A DNA stretch of 52,699 nucleotides from Octopus bimaculoides (Eukaryota): contig NC_068983.1 in the NCBI RefSeq assembly GCF_001194135.2, positions 63,545,533-63,598,231 of the forward strand, written 5' to 3'. Both the position numbers and the translations under genes were made by a program. Positions 38,441 through 52,362 of the stretch are shown piece after piece. The notes beneath the pieces were generated by a model. The model did not search any database and was not told the DNA's origin. It was given only the letters and a program-made list of their open reading frames with translations. Positions within the stretch are counted from its first letter, which is position 1. Every line of letters starts with the position of its first letter.

Positions 38441-39181
38441 CTACCTTGGCTCAAAATCTGTTGTGACTACATTCTATACATCATTACATAGTAGTTCTTT
38501 TGTCTGTTTTAGTAATCACAATTAACACCATGCTGAAGCACTGCATTTAAGTGAAAAGTTAATTATTTGTGCTGAATTGCATGATTTTTCCGACCGAACA
38601 TCATATCAACATAATATCATGATTATATTATTAATTCCATTAATGCGCTCTCTGTTATAATACAGTTGATTATAAAAGCTATTACTTTATTAAGGCATTA
38701 TTTCCAAGATATCCGGTTGAATAGAACAATATGGTTGAGGAAAATACGCCAGGAAAGAGCTATGTGCAACCTCGCTGATTGAATAAAAGATTGACGAAAA
38801 AGAAAATCAAGGTGTCCCGAACAGACGGAATTTCGCTTTGTCAGCCGGCAGCAAAAACTTAATTCTTTTTGGTTTATTTTATCTGTCGAATTTAAATTAC
38901 TTTCCTGAAAATTAGAGTGGGTATAAGTGTAAGACTGAGAAAGATAAATACGAATAATAAGTATTGTGATACAATCCTGAATAAAAGAGCTGCCTAATAA
39001 TTACAATGCTGACAATAATGATTTCGTTGCATTCCGAAGTGACTATACCAGTGATAGCACTGCTATGAAGTCATTGCAACGAGGATAAATAAGATTGAAA
39101 TAATCATCTTTCAGGTTCTAAAAAGTTATATTCTTTACAGCGGTTTTACTTCGTTCATAAATCATGGGCTTAATATAACCG

Positions 39182-39514
39182 TTGAAGGCGCATGACCAAG
39201 TGGTTAGAGCATCAGGCTCACAATCATGATGTAGTGAGTTCGGTTACCAGACCGGGCTGCGTGTTGTGTCCTTGAGAAAGACACTTTATTTCACGTTACT
39301 CTAGTTCACTCATCTGTAGAAATGAGTTGCTACGTCACTGGTGCCAAGCTGTATCGGCCTTTGCCTTTCCTTTGGATGACATCGGCGGTGTGGAGAAGGG
39401 AGGCTAGTATGCATGGGTGATTGTTGGTGTTCCATAAACAATTTTCCCAAATTTTTGCCTTGGTAGGTAACTTTCTAGGTACAATCCCATGGTTATTCAT
39501 GAACGAAAGTGTCT
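39182..39514 (+). mobile_element. Full-length tRNA-derived CORE-SINE (family C) with 12-bp TSD
   Basis: A-box tgaccaagtggttagagc, B-box gagttcggttacc, CORE tgttgtgtccttgagaaagacacttt..tcactcatctgtagaaatgag. TSD ttaatataaccg at 39170-39181 and 39515-39526. Confidence 0.9.
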
Positions 39515-40040
39515 TTAATATAACCGCAATTTACCCAACTTTGTCACCACCACCATTCTTATCAAAAATAAGAGTCACTCAATACTGTATACACTCATTC
39601 AAAATTTTATTGCCATAACCATTAATTATTCTTAGTTAAAGAAAAGACAATATAATCATTATTACACTGCTTAATAAATTCACGTATATACATTGCTTCC
39701 TTTTTGGCATATTGTTTACCATTGAATCTGAGGATGGCTAGGTTCCCCTTTGTAAGTGACTCCTTTGATTATTCAAAATCCAATTCTTGCACATGTTTGG
39801 AAACGCCATCTGTAAATCCATGCGTATGCCTCTTTCCTCTTTTCTCATGGTAATGCAAAGTGCATTTCACCTCAATATATCTATTCCCCTACACCTGCCG
39901 GACTCCGAAATGAGCTTTGAATAATGATTCCTCACTCTCTCTTTTAGAGTTGATTCTCCTCCATTTCCATGTCATTGAACTGCTTTTCCCGTCAAGCGTC
40001 TGAGCCTTAAACATAGTTGTAATGTAATTATCAATCTGAA

Positions 40041-40430
40041 TATGCTTGAGGTACATTCAAAACGGTCAACAATCTACACATTGCGTTTTGTCACGGAAAA
40101 TATATCCTGTTTGTTAATAGATGGTGTGTTTACACCTATATCAGTTCGCAGCGCCATCTACTCAGACCGTGAAATGCAAGAATTTCGGAGTAATTATCTC
40201 CTGACTGACTCTCTTATGGTTTTTCCAGTTGCCATACGGCGACTGGCAGCGCTGTGCGGAGGTTCACTGTAAGTAGATTACAGAGGGGAGTGCTAAGCAG
40301 TGATTAGTGAAACTATAATGTTATTACCAGTCCGTATATGCTTGAGGCATATTCGAACCGGTCAGCAAGTTACTTACTGCGTTTTGTCACGGAAAATATA
40401 TCCCGTCTGTTGACAAATGGTGTGTATACA
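40041..40430 (+). repeat. Diverged direct repeat of about 94 bp, period 296 bp
   Basis: tatgcttgagg..cggtca..tgcgttttgtcacggaaaatatatcc..tggtgtgt.taca at 40041-40134 and 40337-40430. Confidence 0.85.
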
Positions 40431-43400
40431 GTTCTGCGATGAAACATAGTGTAACAGACTGTTGTAGATTATACGAGAATGGCGCGAGTCAGTCTTGTGC
40501 AATATATGACAGATATACGTCGAATCAATTTGGAAGGATCTGATTCGCCAGAGAAGTATTTTTTTTTGGATAATCCTTTCTTGCGCAGACACAGAGACAC
40601 ATATCTTAGTAACTCGATGTGGTCATGATGGGTTACCATATACTAGGAAATTGGTGATAACCTCAACACCAATAATTCTTTAATGGACAAACGTTTATTT
40701 TTGATTCATATCGGAAAGACAAAGGGAAAGTAATAAAATGGACCTGCTGAAGAATATCTGGAATCGGAAGGAAATTTGATGTAAGCCAGTGCCTTTCTCT
40801 CTCCCTGTCTCTCTTTTTCACTCACTATCTCTCTCCATATATATATATATATATATAACATTCATACATATATATATATATACACATGCATATATATCAA
40901 TATACGCACATAAAAACGCAGACACAATATAATTTTCAAGTAATATTACACCAGATGATCTAAGATAATAGGTACATACAATTAGTGTTCAGGCTGACTT
41001 CCTTTTTAGTTGCAACTTAACACCTAAAATGCAGGAATGTCATCGCTGCCTAATATAGAGTGGATGTAGGCATTATTTCAATCGAGTTGGTAGATGTAGT
41101 ATAAAATAAAAGTATAGGCGGGCAACTGACTGGCATCTATTTAGATTATAGCATGTATACATTTGTATTTTTATACAACTTGAATGTAAAAAAGAATGTT
41201 GCAGATGTTTAAATCACAAGAGATCAATAAAAGATAGCTTCATGATGGTTGTGATATATGCTGCTACACTCCCGGAACAGTTATAAAGCATGTCTGAAAT
41301 ATTGGTATTAGATAGTAGGTTAAGGCAGATCATCATAGGTAAAAATCTAAGCAGGAAAGAAAAGAAGGATGAAGTTGAGCAAATAGATCCTTACGCCTGT
41401 TTCATGAATATATGTTCAGTTGGTGTAATTCCCTGCAAGCAGTCTGTAACTAGCATTTCTGCGGCAGAAGAAAATTGTGTGACTCACTATATACTATACA
41501 CGCGTAACACGCATACACTTGCAAATACTTCACTTCCACACACATATACATACGCACATGCATATTTACGCATATGTATGCTGGGTCATTGATTTCTCTG
41601 TGTTCATTCACCTTTGGACGGATTTTGATTTTATTCTTATTCGACATGTAATCTAAATGTTACGTTTGTCACCAAGTAGGCCCAGTGGCGTTGCTGGTTT
41701 AGTCGCATACGATCCAGCCAAGCAACATGTTGGACAGGATTACAAGTTGCCTGTAGCGCTAACGAGTAGCCTGACAGTATACATACACAAACGCGTACAC
41801 ATACATACATACATACATACATACATACATACATACATACACTCTGACAGAAGGGAGATAGGCAGATATGCATAAAATCTGCATGTATTCGTGGTTAAAT
41901 ATATTTTTGCTTTTCTCTGTAAGCTTCCTTCTGTCTCTTTCTCCTCTTTTTACCGATCCCATCCCTTTTCCTTTCTTTCTATAAATAAATAAATATACAC
42001 ATACGCACGCACACACACATACGCACGCACACACACACATACGCACGCACACATGCATACGCACGCACACACACATACGCACGCACACACACATGTATCA
42101 AGACATATTCATTGGCACTAACACGCAAATCATGTATAACGATATATAATACTAATATTACTACACACACAAACACACAGAAGCTCACATATGTATATAT
42201 TACTCACAAACACTCTGTTTAAACAGAAGACCACATTAAATCTAATTAAATTGTTAGTTATCTTCAGAAATATTTTAAAAAAGAGCAGAAAAGAAAAGAA
42301 CGAAAAAATAAAGAAACAAAACAGAAAGGAAGAACAGAAAATGGAAGATAAAAGAATCTAGACATGAAGAATTCTTATCTAAGAATAAATGCGTGCGTGT
42401 TCTGTAATTACGGTTTCTTGCGAATTTGGAAAACTCAACATCTATAAATATTGCTCTATAAATACTTCAGATGTTAGGTCAGACCAGACCAGATGAATAT
42501 TGATTTTTACATCGGATTTACTGTGCAAGTTCTCCAAGAATTTTCCAGAAAAATACAATAGTTTTCTTTAAAAAAACCCCACATAAAATAAATAAAAAAT
42601 ATAAAACATAAAGTAAAGAAAAAGATAAAATTTTAAAAAATTATGACAGCTTTTAAGACGAATTCTGACATCTGTTTTTGAAGCTGAGTTGGGAATTCTA
42701 AGATCCAAGACACGCGTTTGCTATTACTAAGACATATGTTAGATTTTAATGTTAAGTGTTGCATTTGATGTTATTCATGTTGCTGCTGCTGCTGTTACCG
42801 TTGCTGCTACAGTTGTCATCGTTGTTGTTGTTCTTTAGAAGACCTATGATCAAAAGCACTCCAGTCGTGATCACTCTAATTATAATTTTTAAAGTACGGC
42901 ATACCCCAAGCTTTCTTATCCAATGTGTCATTCTTTTATTTTAAAAAACCACGCAGGGTGATTCTAGGAAGATTTGACTGCTATTTCTAGCATAACACGT
43001 GACCATGAAAACACTCCATTATAATCTCATGAAACAGTTTTGTGTTTGTGGTTGTTGTTGGCGTTGTTATTGCTTAATTGTTATTCTTAATTGTTGTTGC
43101 AGAATTTCAATTGCAGTTACTATTGGTTTTGTTAATCTTGCTGCTAAGTCTTACCAAATTACTCAATTGTGCATGTGACATACAGAAACTTAATCTCTTT
43201 AAATCTTTTCAAAACGGTTTATTTAAACATATTTTCTCACACCTTTTCTTTGTCACTTTCCTCCATTTTATTTTTATTCATACTTTCTTTCGTTCTTATC
43301 TTTCGATCGTTATTCTATTTCTTTCGGTCTTTCTTTTGTTCAGGTATTATTTGTTTTATCATATTTTCACTTTCTTTTATAATTCATTTTAGATTCGTTC

Positions 43401-43546
43401 ATGTTTTTTTCATTCAAACATTTTAAAATTTCAATTGTCTTGATTATGGCTTTTTTTCTTCGTCCTTTATCTAATATTCTTGTCTCTCTAACACTCCCCT
43501 CTTACCCTCACACTCCATCTCTCACACACACCCTCTCTCCCTCACG

Positions 43547-43635
<89 letters not shown>

Positions 43636-43952
43636 TATAACCTTCTCTTTTCATCAGCCTCTTCCTTTCTCACATTATCATGTTCTTATGTTTTTCACTG
43701 CTTTCTGTCATTCTTTTAGTTTCCATTTCTTCACCTCCAATGTAAACATTATCTCCGCTTTCTATATTTGTAACTCTTTTTCTCTGTCTACGTCTCTCTC
43801 TCTCTTTCTCTCTCTTTCACTCTGTCCATTTCTCTCTTATATATANNNNNNNNNNNNNNNNNNNNNNNNNNNNNNNNNNNNNNNNNNNNNNNNNNNNNNN
43901 NNNNNNNNNNNATATATATATATATATACACATACATACATACACTCATACA

Positions 43953-44813
43953 TACAGGAAGGTATATTGAAAAGTTCATAGGATGACTATGAAGGAGTGA
44001 TGCTTGCGTATGAAATCTTGCATACATTAATTTCAACACTTCTTATTAATAACTGCATTGTTTCGTTCCAAGTAAACCAACATCAGACTGCTCAAAGAAG
44101 ACTTCGAGAGTCACTGGTAACGACTTCTCTTGAAAATGATCAAAAATTGGTATCGTGCTGCTATCAAGTACCTGCAAAAAAAAAAGGTTCAACTCTCAAC
44201 AACATTCATACTGACACAGTTGCTACGTTAGGGGATGACGCTCCAAAAGTGGGCAAGTAAATTTAGGAGGGGCAGGGAGAGTCTTGAAGATGACCCAAAG
44301 CCTGAGCGTCCTGCAACTGTCACCACCGAGGTAAACACTGATCGTGTTCACCACATGGTGACGGATGACAAGCGATTGACTATAAATCAAATTGCCCATG
44401 CAATTAGCATATCTCATGAAAGATTAGAGAATATTCTGTTCTATGCACATGGTATGACGAAGGTTTCTGCTCGGTGACTGCCACGTCTTCTGACACCTGA
44501 TCAAAAACGCACCAGGCTGATCATATTACAGGATAATCTGACATTGTTTGAGGCAGATACAGCTGTTTTTCTTGAACGTTTTCTAATCCAAGATGAGTGT
44601 TGGATTCATCACTTTGAGCCAGAGACAAAGAGACAATCCATGCAGCGGAAACCCCCCTACCTACCTTCTCCAAAGAAGGCCAAGGTCGTTTCATCTGCAG
44701 GGAAGGTGATGCCCGCAGTCTTTTGTGATGCAAAAGTAGTGTTGATTGACTATTTTCAGATGGGCCAAACTATCAATGGAGAATACTATGCCAACATGTT
44801 GAAATTCTTGTAA
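43953..44813 (+). mobile_element. 3'-truncated mariner transposon (irritans-like) with left TIR and transposase pseudogene
   Basis: TA then TIR-like aggtatattgaaaagttcatagg. From ATG 44136: WYRAAIKYLQKK..KWASKFRRGRESLEDD..KVSAR*LPRLL (WVPRLL motif)..QDECWIHHFEPETKRQSMQ (first D)..TINGEYYANML. Second and third catalytic D and right TIR are absent. Confidence 0.92.
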
Positions 44814-45961
44814 ATCTTTTTCTACATGTTTTCTGTGAAATGATTTAAGAATCTGATATGGTCTAATGTAACCGAAACATTGTTGTATTTTTTGCTTTCT
44901 CTCCTAGTATCCTAATAAAGATCAATTTTCTTCCCAAGTGTGAACATACGGTTTTCTGTGAAATTAAAGCTTTAAATTGTCATTTCCTACCATTGAAAGC
45001 CGCTAGGTTATAACTATCTTTCTCCTTTCTCCATCTTTCTCTAGGTTATAGCTATCTTTCTCCTGAAGTGAATTTCAGTTCATTTACGATTGCTTGCGTA
45101 CGTCAGGCAGTACATCACCACTTACCAGAAGTATGTATGTATGTATGTATTTATGTATGTATGTATGTGTGTGTGTGTGTGCGAGTGTGTGTGTTTCTGT
45201 GTGTGTGTGAGGACACATGTATACGGAAGTTCTATACAATGTTTCAAAATCGTATTTAGTTACGCTGCAAAATATAGACGTTCAGCTGAGAGTAAGGAAA
45301 CGGTGATAAAGCTATGAGATTATGAAATATACTGTACATGACTTCCGCATAATATTTATTCATAAACATACTCCGTTGATTCCCTTGTCGTCTATACTCA
45401 GCCACAGCCTTTTGCTATTATGTAAATTCGCTTTNNNNNNNNNNNNNNNNNNNNNNNNNNNNNNNNNNNNNNNNNNNNNNNNNNNNNNNNNNNNNNNNNN
45501 NNNNNNNNNNNNNNNNNNNNNNNNNNNNNNNNNNNNNNNNNNNNNNNNNNNNNNNNNNNNNNNNNNNNNNNNNNNNNNNNNNNNNNNNNNNNNNNNNNNN
45601 NNNNNNNNNNNNNNNNNNNNNNNNNNNNNNNNNNNNNNNNNNNNNNNNNNNNNNNNNNNNNNNNNNNNNNNNNNNNNNNNNNNNNNNNNNNNNNNNNNNN
45701 NNNNNNNNNNNNNNNNNNNNNNNNNNNNNNNNNNNNNNNNNNNNNNNNNNNNNNNNNNNNNNNNNNNNNNNNNNNNNNNNNNNNNNNNNNNNNNNNNNNN
45801 NNNNNNNNNNNNNNNNNNNNNNNNNNNNNNNNNNNNNNNNNNNNNNNNNNNNNNNNNNNNNNNNNNNNNNNNNNNNNNNNNNNNNNNNNNNNNNNNNNNN
45901 NNNNNNNNNNNNATATATATATATATATATATATACATACGTATATATATATACACAGCTT

Positions 45962-46990
45962 TCGGTTGTCCGTCGTAAGTCGGCGTTGACTGTTCTTGTT
46001 AAGTAATCATCTCTGGCAGGCCCGCATATATGCTACAAGGCCTGCTCTTGATATATGCTGCAGGGGAAGCTATATGACGTAACGGAGAAGTCACGCTTCT
46101 GAAGCGCTCTTTTCTTCCCTCTATTGTTTCTCCTCAATGGCTGGAATTACGAGTTTCAACGATCGGTGACATTCATCGAACTGCAGGGTCTTCTCCTCCC
46201 AGATCTGGGAAGATATCGGAGTTCTTCATATGCCACTTCAGTACATCGCTTTATTGCAACCGCTGGTCACCATGACTTAATCTGCTTTGAAGTAGTTCAA
46301 CAGAAACTGCCTTTGGGAGGTTGCCACCCTCCAACCTGCAAACATGTCATTCCCAGCGCCGCTGTGATGAAGTAATGAGGGCTTCTACCTTAACTGCGCC
46401 AGTACTGTGCAGGACCTACATCAGGAATGTGATCTTGCTATCTGATATGCAAAATAGATGACGAAGATGGACTCGCGTCAGGGCCTTGATGTGCCTGCAG
46501 TATAGAGTCATGCATTCCGTGGCATAGAGGAGGCAAGAAGGCACTGCAGCACCGTACACTTTTGTCTTCGTACTGTGAGCAATATCATGGCAGCTCAAAG
46601 ATGCTTCGTGACAGAGCCAAATGCCTTTATGGTAGACTGTATTGACCTCTCAATATTGAGGTCACAAGAGTTAGTCATTGCACTGCCGAGATAGTTAAAG
46701 GCCTCGATGTAGTTTAGAGTTCTTCATGTACCGTCACTGGTTCGGGCTCGCTTGATATATTAGACATCTAGGTGGGGGTTGGTAGAACTGCTTTATTTTT
46801 GAGGTGTTGATCTCGTGACGATACATGTCTACTGCACAAGAAAACCGGTCTACTACGAGTTGCATGTTCTCAATTTTGCTTGCCGCGAGTGATAAGTCGT
46901 CTGCGTAATGCAGCTCCTTGACACACATTTCTCTGACTTTTATGGAGGTACGATGATGGGCCATGGTGAAGAGGAAAATTGAAGACACTT
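45962..46990 (-). mobile_element. RTE-clade LINE, 5'-truncated and decayed
   Basis: KELHYADDL (YADD at 46896-46907), TKTKVYGAAVPSCLLYATECMTLY, C-terminal SRAGLVAYMRAC* and RTE-type tail cgacttacgacggacaaccg. Confidence 0.88.
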
Positions 46991-48277
46991 GAAGAGAAAG
47001 TGGAAGCAGTGAAAGCAGTAAATTTTATAAAATATCAACCCTTAAATTCTCGCATTTCTTTGTATTTTATTTATTAGGTGGTTAACTGCACTCATGAAAA
47101 AATACTCTTGAATTCGCCTGTGTTAGCTATGTTACGCTTATTACAGTTGTGTAATGGAATAAGAAAATAATTCCATCATAGCGTGTGTTTTAGGAACTTT
47201 TCTTGGGCAACTATGATGAGGTTTTGTTATTATTTTTAAGCAGCTGAATTATTTGATTTTGTGTTTCCAAGGAGATCGTAACGATATTTAAAGTTGCAGA
47301 TACGGAAGACTGTATAATGGTGTGTTTGAATTCTTTCTAACACTCGGCAAATTTCCTTCTAACGCTTCGTGGTGGTTTCTCAAAAGAGAAAGGCAACATT
47401 TTCATTTAGTGCTTATAAATTTTAAAGAAGAGTTTTATGAATGTTATTCGCTTTCTTTATACCAATAGCAAATGGATTAGCGATCCTTTTCATGTAAATG
47501 TCACACATTAAATATATTTAACTTAACAAATGGAGAAAATATTCATGTCAAATTTTCGTGTAACTCATCTCTACGGTCAAGTTTTATTCTGGACGGTTTA
47601 GCAGATTTTTGATTAAATGCAAAAGATGAGTAATCAGAAATGGAATATTAAGTCGTGAAATATTTACTATATATTTACTATATAACACTATATATTTATG
47701 AGAGCAGGCTTTCTCGCTGCTGTTTGTATAAAATCCGAATAGAGAAAAAATATGAATGTGAAACCTTACCTCCGCTAACAACTCACTGAAATCCAGACAA
47801 AGAAGCATCAACTGTGTCATAAAGCAAGTTTTAATAGCACCTTTCATTTAATTGCATATGTAATTATGTAAGTCATACAAATAAAAACTGCGAAAACGAG
47901 TTTGCTCTTAATAATAACTTAATAATAGCTTGTCCAGTGAATAGACCTTTTCAAAGCTTGGTTGTATGCGAGACATTTCATTTACATACAAAGGGCCCTT
48001 TGTAGTGATATGTTTGGAACTACTGCAAACACTTTCTGGTATAGAAATCAATATGTTGGGTAAAGTAGATAAATATATTTAATAAATCAAAGGCTGACGG
48101 CCAAACACTAAGTTTTCTCCTTAGCTAGCAAAGCTTAGACTGTCAACATTTGATATAGTACATACATACATACATACATACATATACACATACATACATA
48201 CATACATACATACATAGTACGTAGGTCCGTTCGTACATACATACATACGTACACACATGCTTACATACATACATACT

Positions 48278-48582
48278 TACCAATCTTGAGAATTAGGCTT
48301 CCCAAAACCAGAAAGTAGAAAGTTGATTCGAAGACTACAGATCCTATCCATCATCGGGACTAAAAATCTTTAAAACTTTCTAGAGGTTTATCATTTAAGT
48401 ATATATGAACATGTCTAGATATGCAAGTATATGCATGAGAAGACATACATAAAACACAACATACAAATCAGAAGGTATACATACATACATTCATACAAAA
48501 TACCCTGCTGAAGGAGCCTTGGATCTAGGTTAGAAAACGGCTTTTTCCTTATTAGTAAGAAAGTTTGAAATAAAAATGAATA
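48278..48582 (+). mobile_element. 5'-truncated 3' end (copy 3) of the R4/Dong-like family
   Basis: accaatcttgag..ttaggcttc.caaaa.cagaaag.agaaag.t.attcgaag.ctaca (GFPKPESRKLIRRLQ) and the 3' UTR match the reverse complement of 16428-16775. Confidence 0.9.
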
Positions 48583-48643
48583 ATTACATCCATAGATACG
48601 TACATACATGCAGGCATACGTACACACACGCATATATGGATGC

Positions 48644-48846
48644 TGTTGTAATCCTGTCAGACTGTTATCACACCCACACCGGTATAGCAGTATAGTTAGT
48701 TAGACAAGTAAGACCAAGACTATTTATGATCGTCTACTTCGTACTCTCTACTTATACTCACACTGACTGACAGTATTTATAATGACTATCACATACCACT
48801 CGTCACGTGGGAGGAGTGTGCCATTGCTATTATTATCCCCATAACA
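48644..48846 (-). repeat. 3' LTR (203 bp)
   Basis: tgttgtaatc..ccccataaca, TG...CA termini; purine-rich PPT-like aagaagaacttaaatggagaga directly precedes it on the minus strand (about 48847-48868). Confidence 0.95.
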
Positions 48847-49149
48847 TCTCTCCATTTAAGTTCTTCTTTTTTTCTTAGGGAGAGTAATTGTATTTCTTTT
48901 AATAACTATCATTTTTTCAACACCCCCACCTCTATTTGTTTCATACAGTTACTCATTTAATACATTTTTGTTTGGCATCCACTTCCAGGAACTTCGTACA
49001 TCGTCTTTTTCTTACGCTTGTGCGTCTGGGTTCAATTATTCGTAGTGGCGTTGTTGCTTGAAAAGTATCATATAAACATTCCATTGGTTCTTCCATTCTG
49101 TTGAGTTCGCTCTCAACGAATCTTTTTTTTGTTGGTTCATATGTCACCA

Positions 49150-49960
49150 GTATACCCCTTATCTTCCCTTTACCAAATATAGTATTTTTCCTATGCGTTT
49201 GGTAATCACGCTGTCTTTCCAACTTTGTTTTCCGTTCTTATGTGTCTTAACAAATACCCTTTCACCAATTTTGAAATAACTTGTATTTTCCATTGCAATT
49301 TTTCTTTTCTTGCTAGGTAACCATTTGTGGAAGACTGATTTTATTATCCACGCAAACATCAGCTCTGCTGGTGACATACATGCTTGCGTAATTGGCTTTA
49401 GTGTCACACGGTATTCTCTTAAGAATTGTTGTAGAGCTACCTCATCCGTGACTCCCTTACTCGATTTTCTTAGGGCTCTCTTGAACGTATCGACAAAGCG
49501 TTCTGCTTGTCCGTTAGATCTAGTATGGCGTCGTAGTCACATGTTCTGCAGCAAACGTTTCACAGAACGTTTTAAATTCAAACGACATAATTTCCTTCCA
49601 TTATCAGACATTATCGTGTCTGTGATGCCAAATCTCACAAACAACTCATGTAGAAAAATTGTTGCAGTTGAGGTTGGCTTTTTATACTTACAAATTTCTG
49701 GTCATTTAGAGTAACCACCTACTATCACTAAGTAGTATGAGCCGTTTAGAGGACCAGCGAAATCGATGTGTACTCTCGACCACGGAACAGCTACTTTTGG
49801 CCAAAGTTCCCTTTTTATTATCAGTAATTCTGTAGCTAGAGCACATCCTCTAAAGTCTTTCACTATTTCTTTTATTCCTATATCCATTTTTTGCCAGTAC
49901 AGGTAGCTACGCATTAAAGATTTCATCCTCGAAATACTAGGATGTCCAACATCTCAACAT
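49150..49960 (-). pseudogene. Integrase region of pol
   Basis: HPSISRMKSLMRSYLYW, PWSRVHIDFAGP, IMSDNG, SNGQAERFVDTFKRAL, FKIGERVFVK..W..SVITKRIGKILYLV; frameshifts and stops. Confidence 0.92.
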
Positions 49961-50289
49961 TTTCATTTGCAATATTTCAGGTATTTACTGCTCTCTGTGC
50001 ATACGCCAATACGCCATCATAAATTGTGTATACATTCACGTTCCATTCCTGTTCCTATTTACTTTTCCTCACCACAGAATTCTTTTCATTTCGGTTATGA
50101 ATTTATCCTCTACTGCATTTCATCTTATGTCTTCTAGGCTTACCGGTAATTTGCATACCACATTCCACTTTACATTTTTTATTTCTCCTTCTGATCTCAA
50201 TGCTGCGATTATCGTGTCTTCGAATGGCTCTCAGTGTTTTCGGTATCAGTCTGGACAAACCATCTGCATGCCCTACTTTTTTGACGGTA

Positions 50290-51290
50290 AAAATTCGTTG
50301 AGTGTTGGCATTTTCTTTTAGAACTGTATATTGACAGTAGTGGGCGATCATCCGTGTGTAGACAGAAACTACTTCCATAAATAAATTTATAGAATTTTTC
50401 ACACCCAAAATGATTGCTAACACTTCCTTTTCAATTTGACTATAGTTCCTTTCACCTAGTAATAATGATCGTGACGCATAGTCCCGTCGTCATATTTGTG
50501 CAGAAGCACAGCTCCAACACCGTAAGCACTCGCATCTGTAAGCCAAAATAATATTCAACTTTGGATCAAAATGCGTTAACGAAAATCTGATGTTAAAATG
50601 TCTTTTAAGTTGTGAAATGCCTTCTGGCACTTATCAGTCCAGCACCAATTTTGTATTTTTCTTTAGCAAATCATTTAGCGGGACCCTTACGTTTTGTACA
50701 TTGGGAATGCAAATTTGATAATAATTTACTAAACAACAAAATGCTTATAGCATAGTCATTATTCGGCATTTTTTTTATCGCAGTTGCTCTGGATTGATCC
50801 GGTTTCCGTCAGTTTTTATCTATTATCTGGCCTAAGTATTTAATTTTTTTCAGAAAGAACACGCATTTTCCTTCCGTGAATTTGTAACGACATTCTCTAA
50901 TCTTTTAGAATACTCTTTTAACGTGTTCTACATGTTTTTTTTTCATGTGATTCTCTTTTTATTAGGATATCGCAGAAATAGGTGATAGCAAAGTCACAAT
51001 TACCCAGCATCGCGTCCATTATTTGCTGAAATATGGAAGGAGCTACTTTTACACCGAAGGGAAGCCGCTTAAATTTAAGTAAGTCACAGTATGTATGAAT
51101 GGTTAATAAGTGTGAGCATTCTTCTTCTACTTGGATTTGTAGATATGCCTCGAAGAGGTCTAATTTTGAAAAGAATTTCCTTCAATTCAATTTTGCAAAC
51201 ACTTCCTCAGGAGTCGGCAATGGGTAGTTAAGTGAGATTAAGCAATCATTCAACCCTGTTGAAGAATCTCCACAAACTCTTAACTTATTA
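50290..51290 (-). pseudogene. RT and RNase H region of pol
   Basis: LRVCGD..YPLPTPEEVFAKLN, FSKLDLFEAYLQI, RLPFGVK..IFQQIMD, YFCD in place of YLDD, TDASAYGVGAVLLH, YSQIEKEVLAII. Confidence 0.92.
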
Positions 51291-51329
51291 TTTTCTTTCG
51301 ACAACATATCGTTTATTCTTTTTTCTTTG

Positions 51330-52273
51330 TTTCAATGTTTTGTCATCTTAGTTTTACGGTGCGCTGTTACGTGTGCAATTTTTCCACAACGGAAACATTC
51401 TACTTTCTTAAATGGGCAGTTTTTCTCAGGTGTAGATCTCCACATGCAGAACATGGGTTTATTTCCAATTTTTATTCTGTTTGTATTGTATTTTAATACA
51501 CACTTGCTTTCTATTCTGCTTCTTTTGTATTTACTGACGCACTTGTTTCACTTGGGATCAATTGTTATGTTCAATTTTCTGTGTCGTGTCTTAAATTTAC
51601 TATTCTTTCACACTCTTCTGACACTTGTAAGATTACAGCGTGGTTTTGTTCCAGCTTAGCGAAAATCCTTGTTCTTACTTCTGTGTCATTTTCTGCAGTT
51701 AGTCCCTGAACTATCTGCCATTAATTCGTCCAGTTTGAAGTTTTTACATTCTCTGTTAACTCTACTAGCATACTAGCATATGTAATGTTCTTTCTCGGTT
51801 CAAACATTTCTAGCGTCTATTAAAAAACGAGCTTTTCTCGCTAAAAACTTTACACGGTATGTCTATTGTATTTTTAAAGTTTATGCCAGAAGGTTTTCTC
51901 GGGAGTACGTAATTGCTGTAACGCTCATGTTTTCCTACTGCCAATTTTCTTAGGATTAAGTGCATTTTCATATCGTCGTCCCAATCTTTGCACTCTTTTA
52001 TGAAGATCTGTTCGTAATTTCTAAAGAGCGCGTCGAAGGTAACTCCTTCCTTTGGTTCATACTTAAATTCTCTTATCGAGTTTGCAACAGAATCTGGCGA
52101 GAACAGCTTTCCTGCATTTTTGACGAGTTCATTAATTTTAGTACTTGTTGCTGTAATAGTAATTGTTATTGTTCTTGCTTCTGCTGTTGTTCTTGCTGCT
52201 GCTGTTGTTGTTCTTTCAGTTGTTTTTGTTGATGTTTTTACAATTCGAGAAAATTGGCCAACAATTTTCCCAT
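51330..52273 (-). pseudogene. gag region
   Basis: ATG at 52273, Gln-rich N-terminus, FSPDSVANSIREFKYEPKEGVTFDALF..LILRKL, knuckles CSACGDLHLRKNC and CFRCGKIAHV. Confidence 0.85.
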
Positions 52274-52349
52274 AATTTTACGATTTTGTATCACGTAAAA
52301 TTCGCACAAAACTTTTGTGAGTTTCGTAACTTCTTGAGAGTTTGTTAAT

Positions 52350-52361
52350 TCCTCGTCGCCA
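52350..52361 (-). promoter_or_regulatory. Primer binding site, tRNA-Ser(GCU)-type
   Basis: TGGCGACGAGGA lies 1 nt after the 5' LTR and is complementary to the 3' end (UCCUCGUCGCCA) of metazoan tRNA-Ser(GCU). Confidence 0.85.
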
Positions 52362-52362
52362 C

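Noticed and set aside
40980-41400. Possible APE endonuclease remnant (VVIYAA..IIIG)
   Set aside because: Catalytic residues not recognisable
47770-47785. Possible 16-nt minus-strand microexon (ttcag/TGAGTTGTTAGCGGAG/gtaagg)
   Set aside because: Not frame-preserving, no partner exons; such site pairs arise by chance in 50 kb
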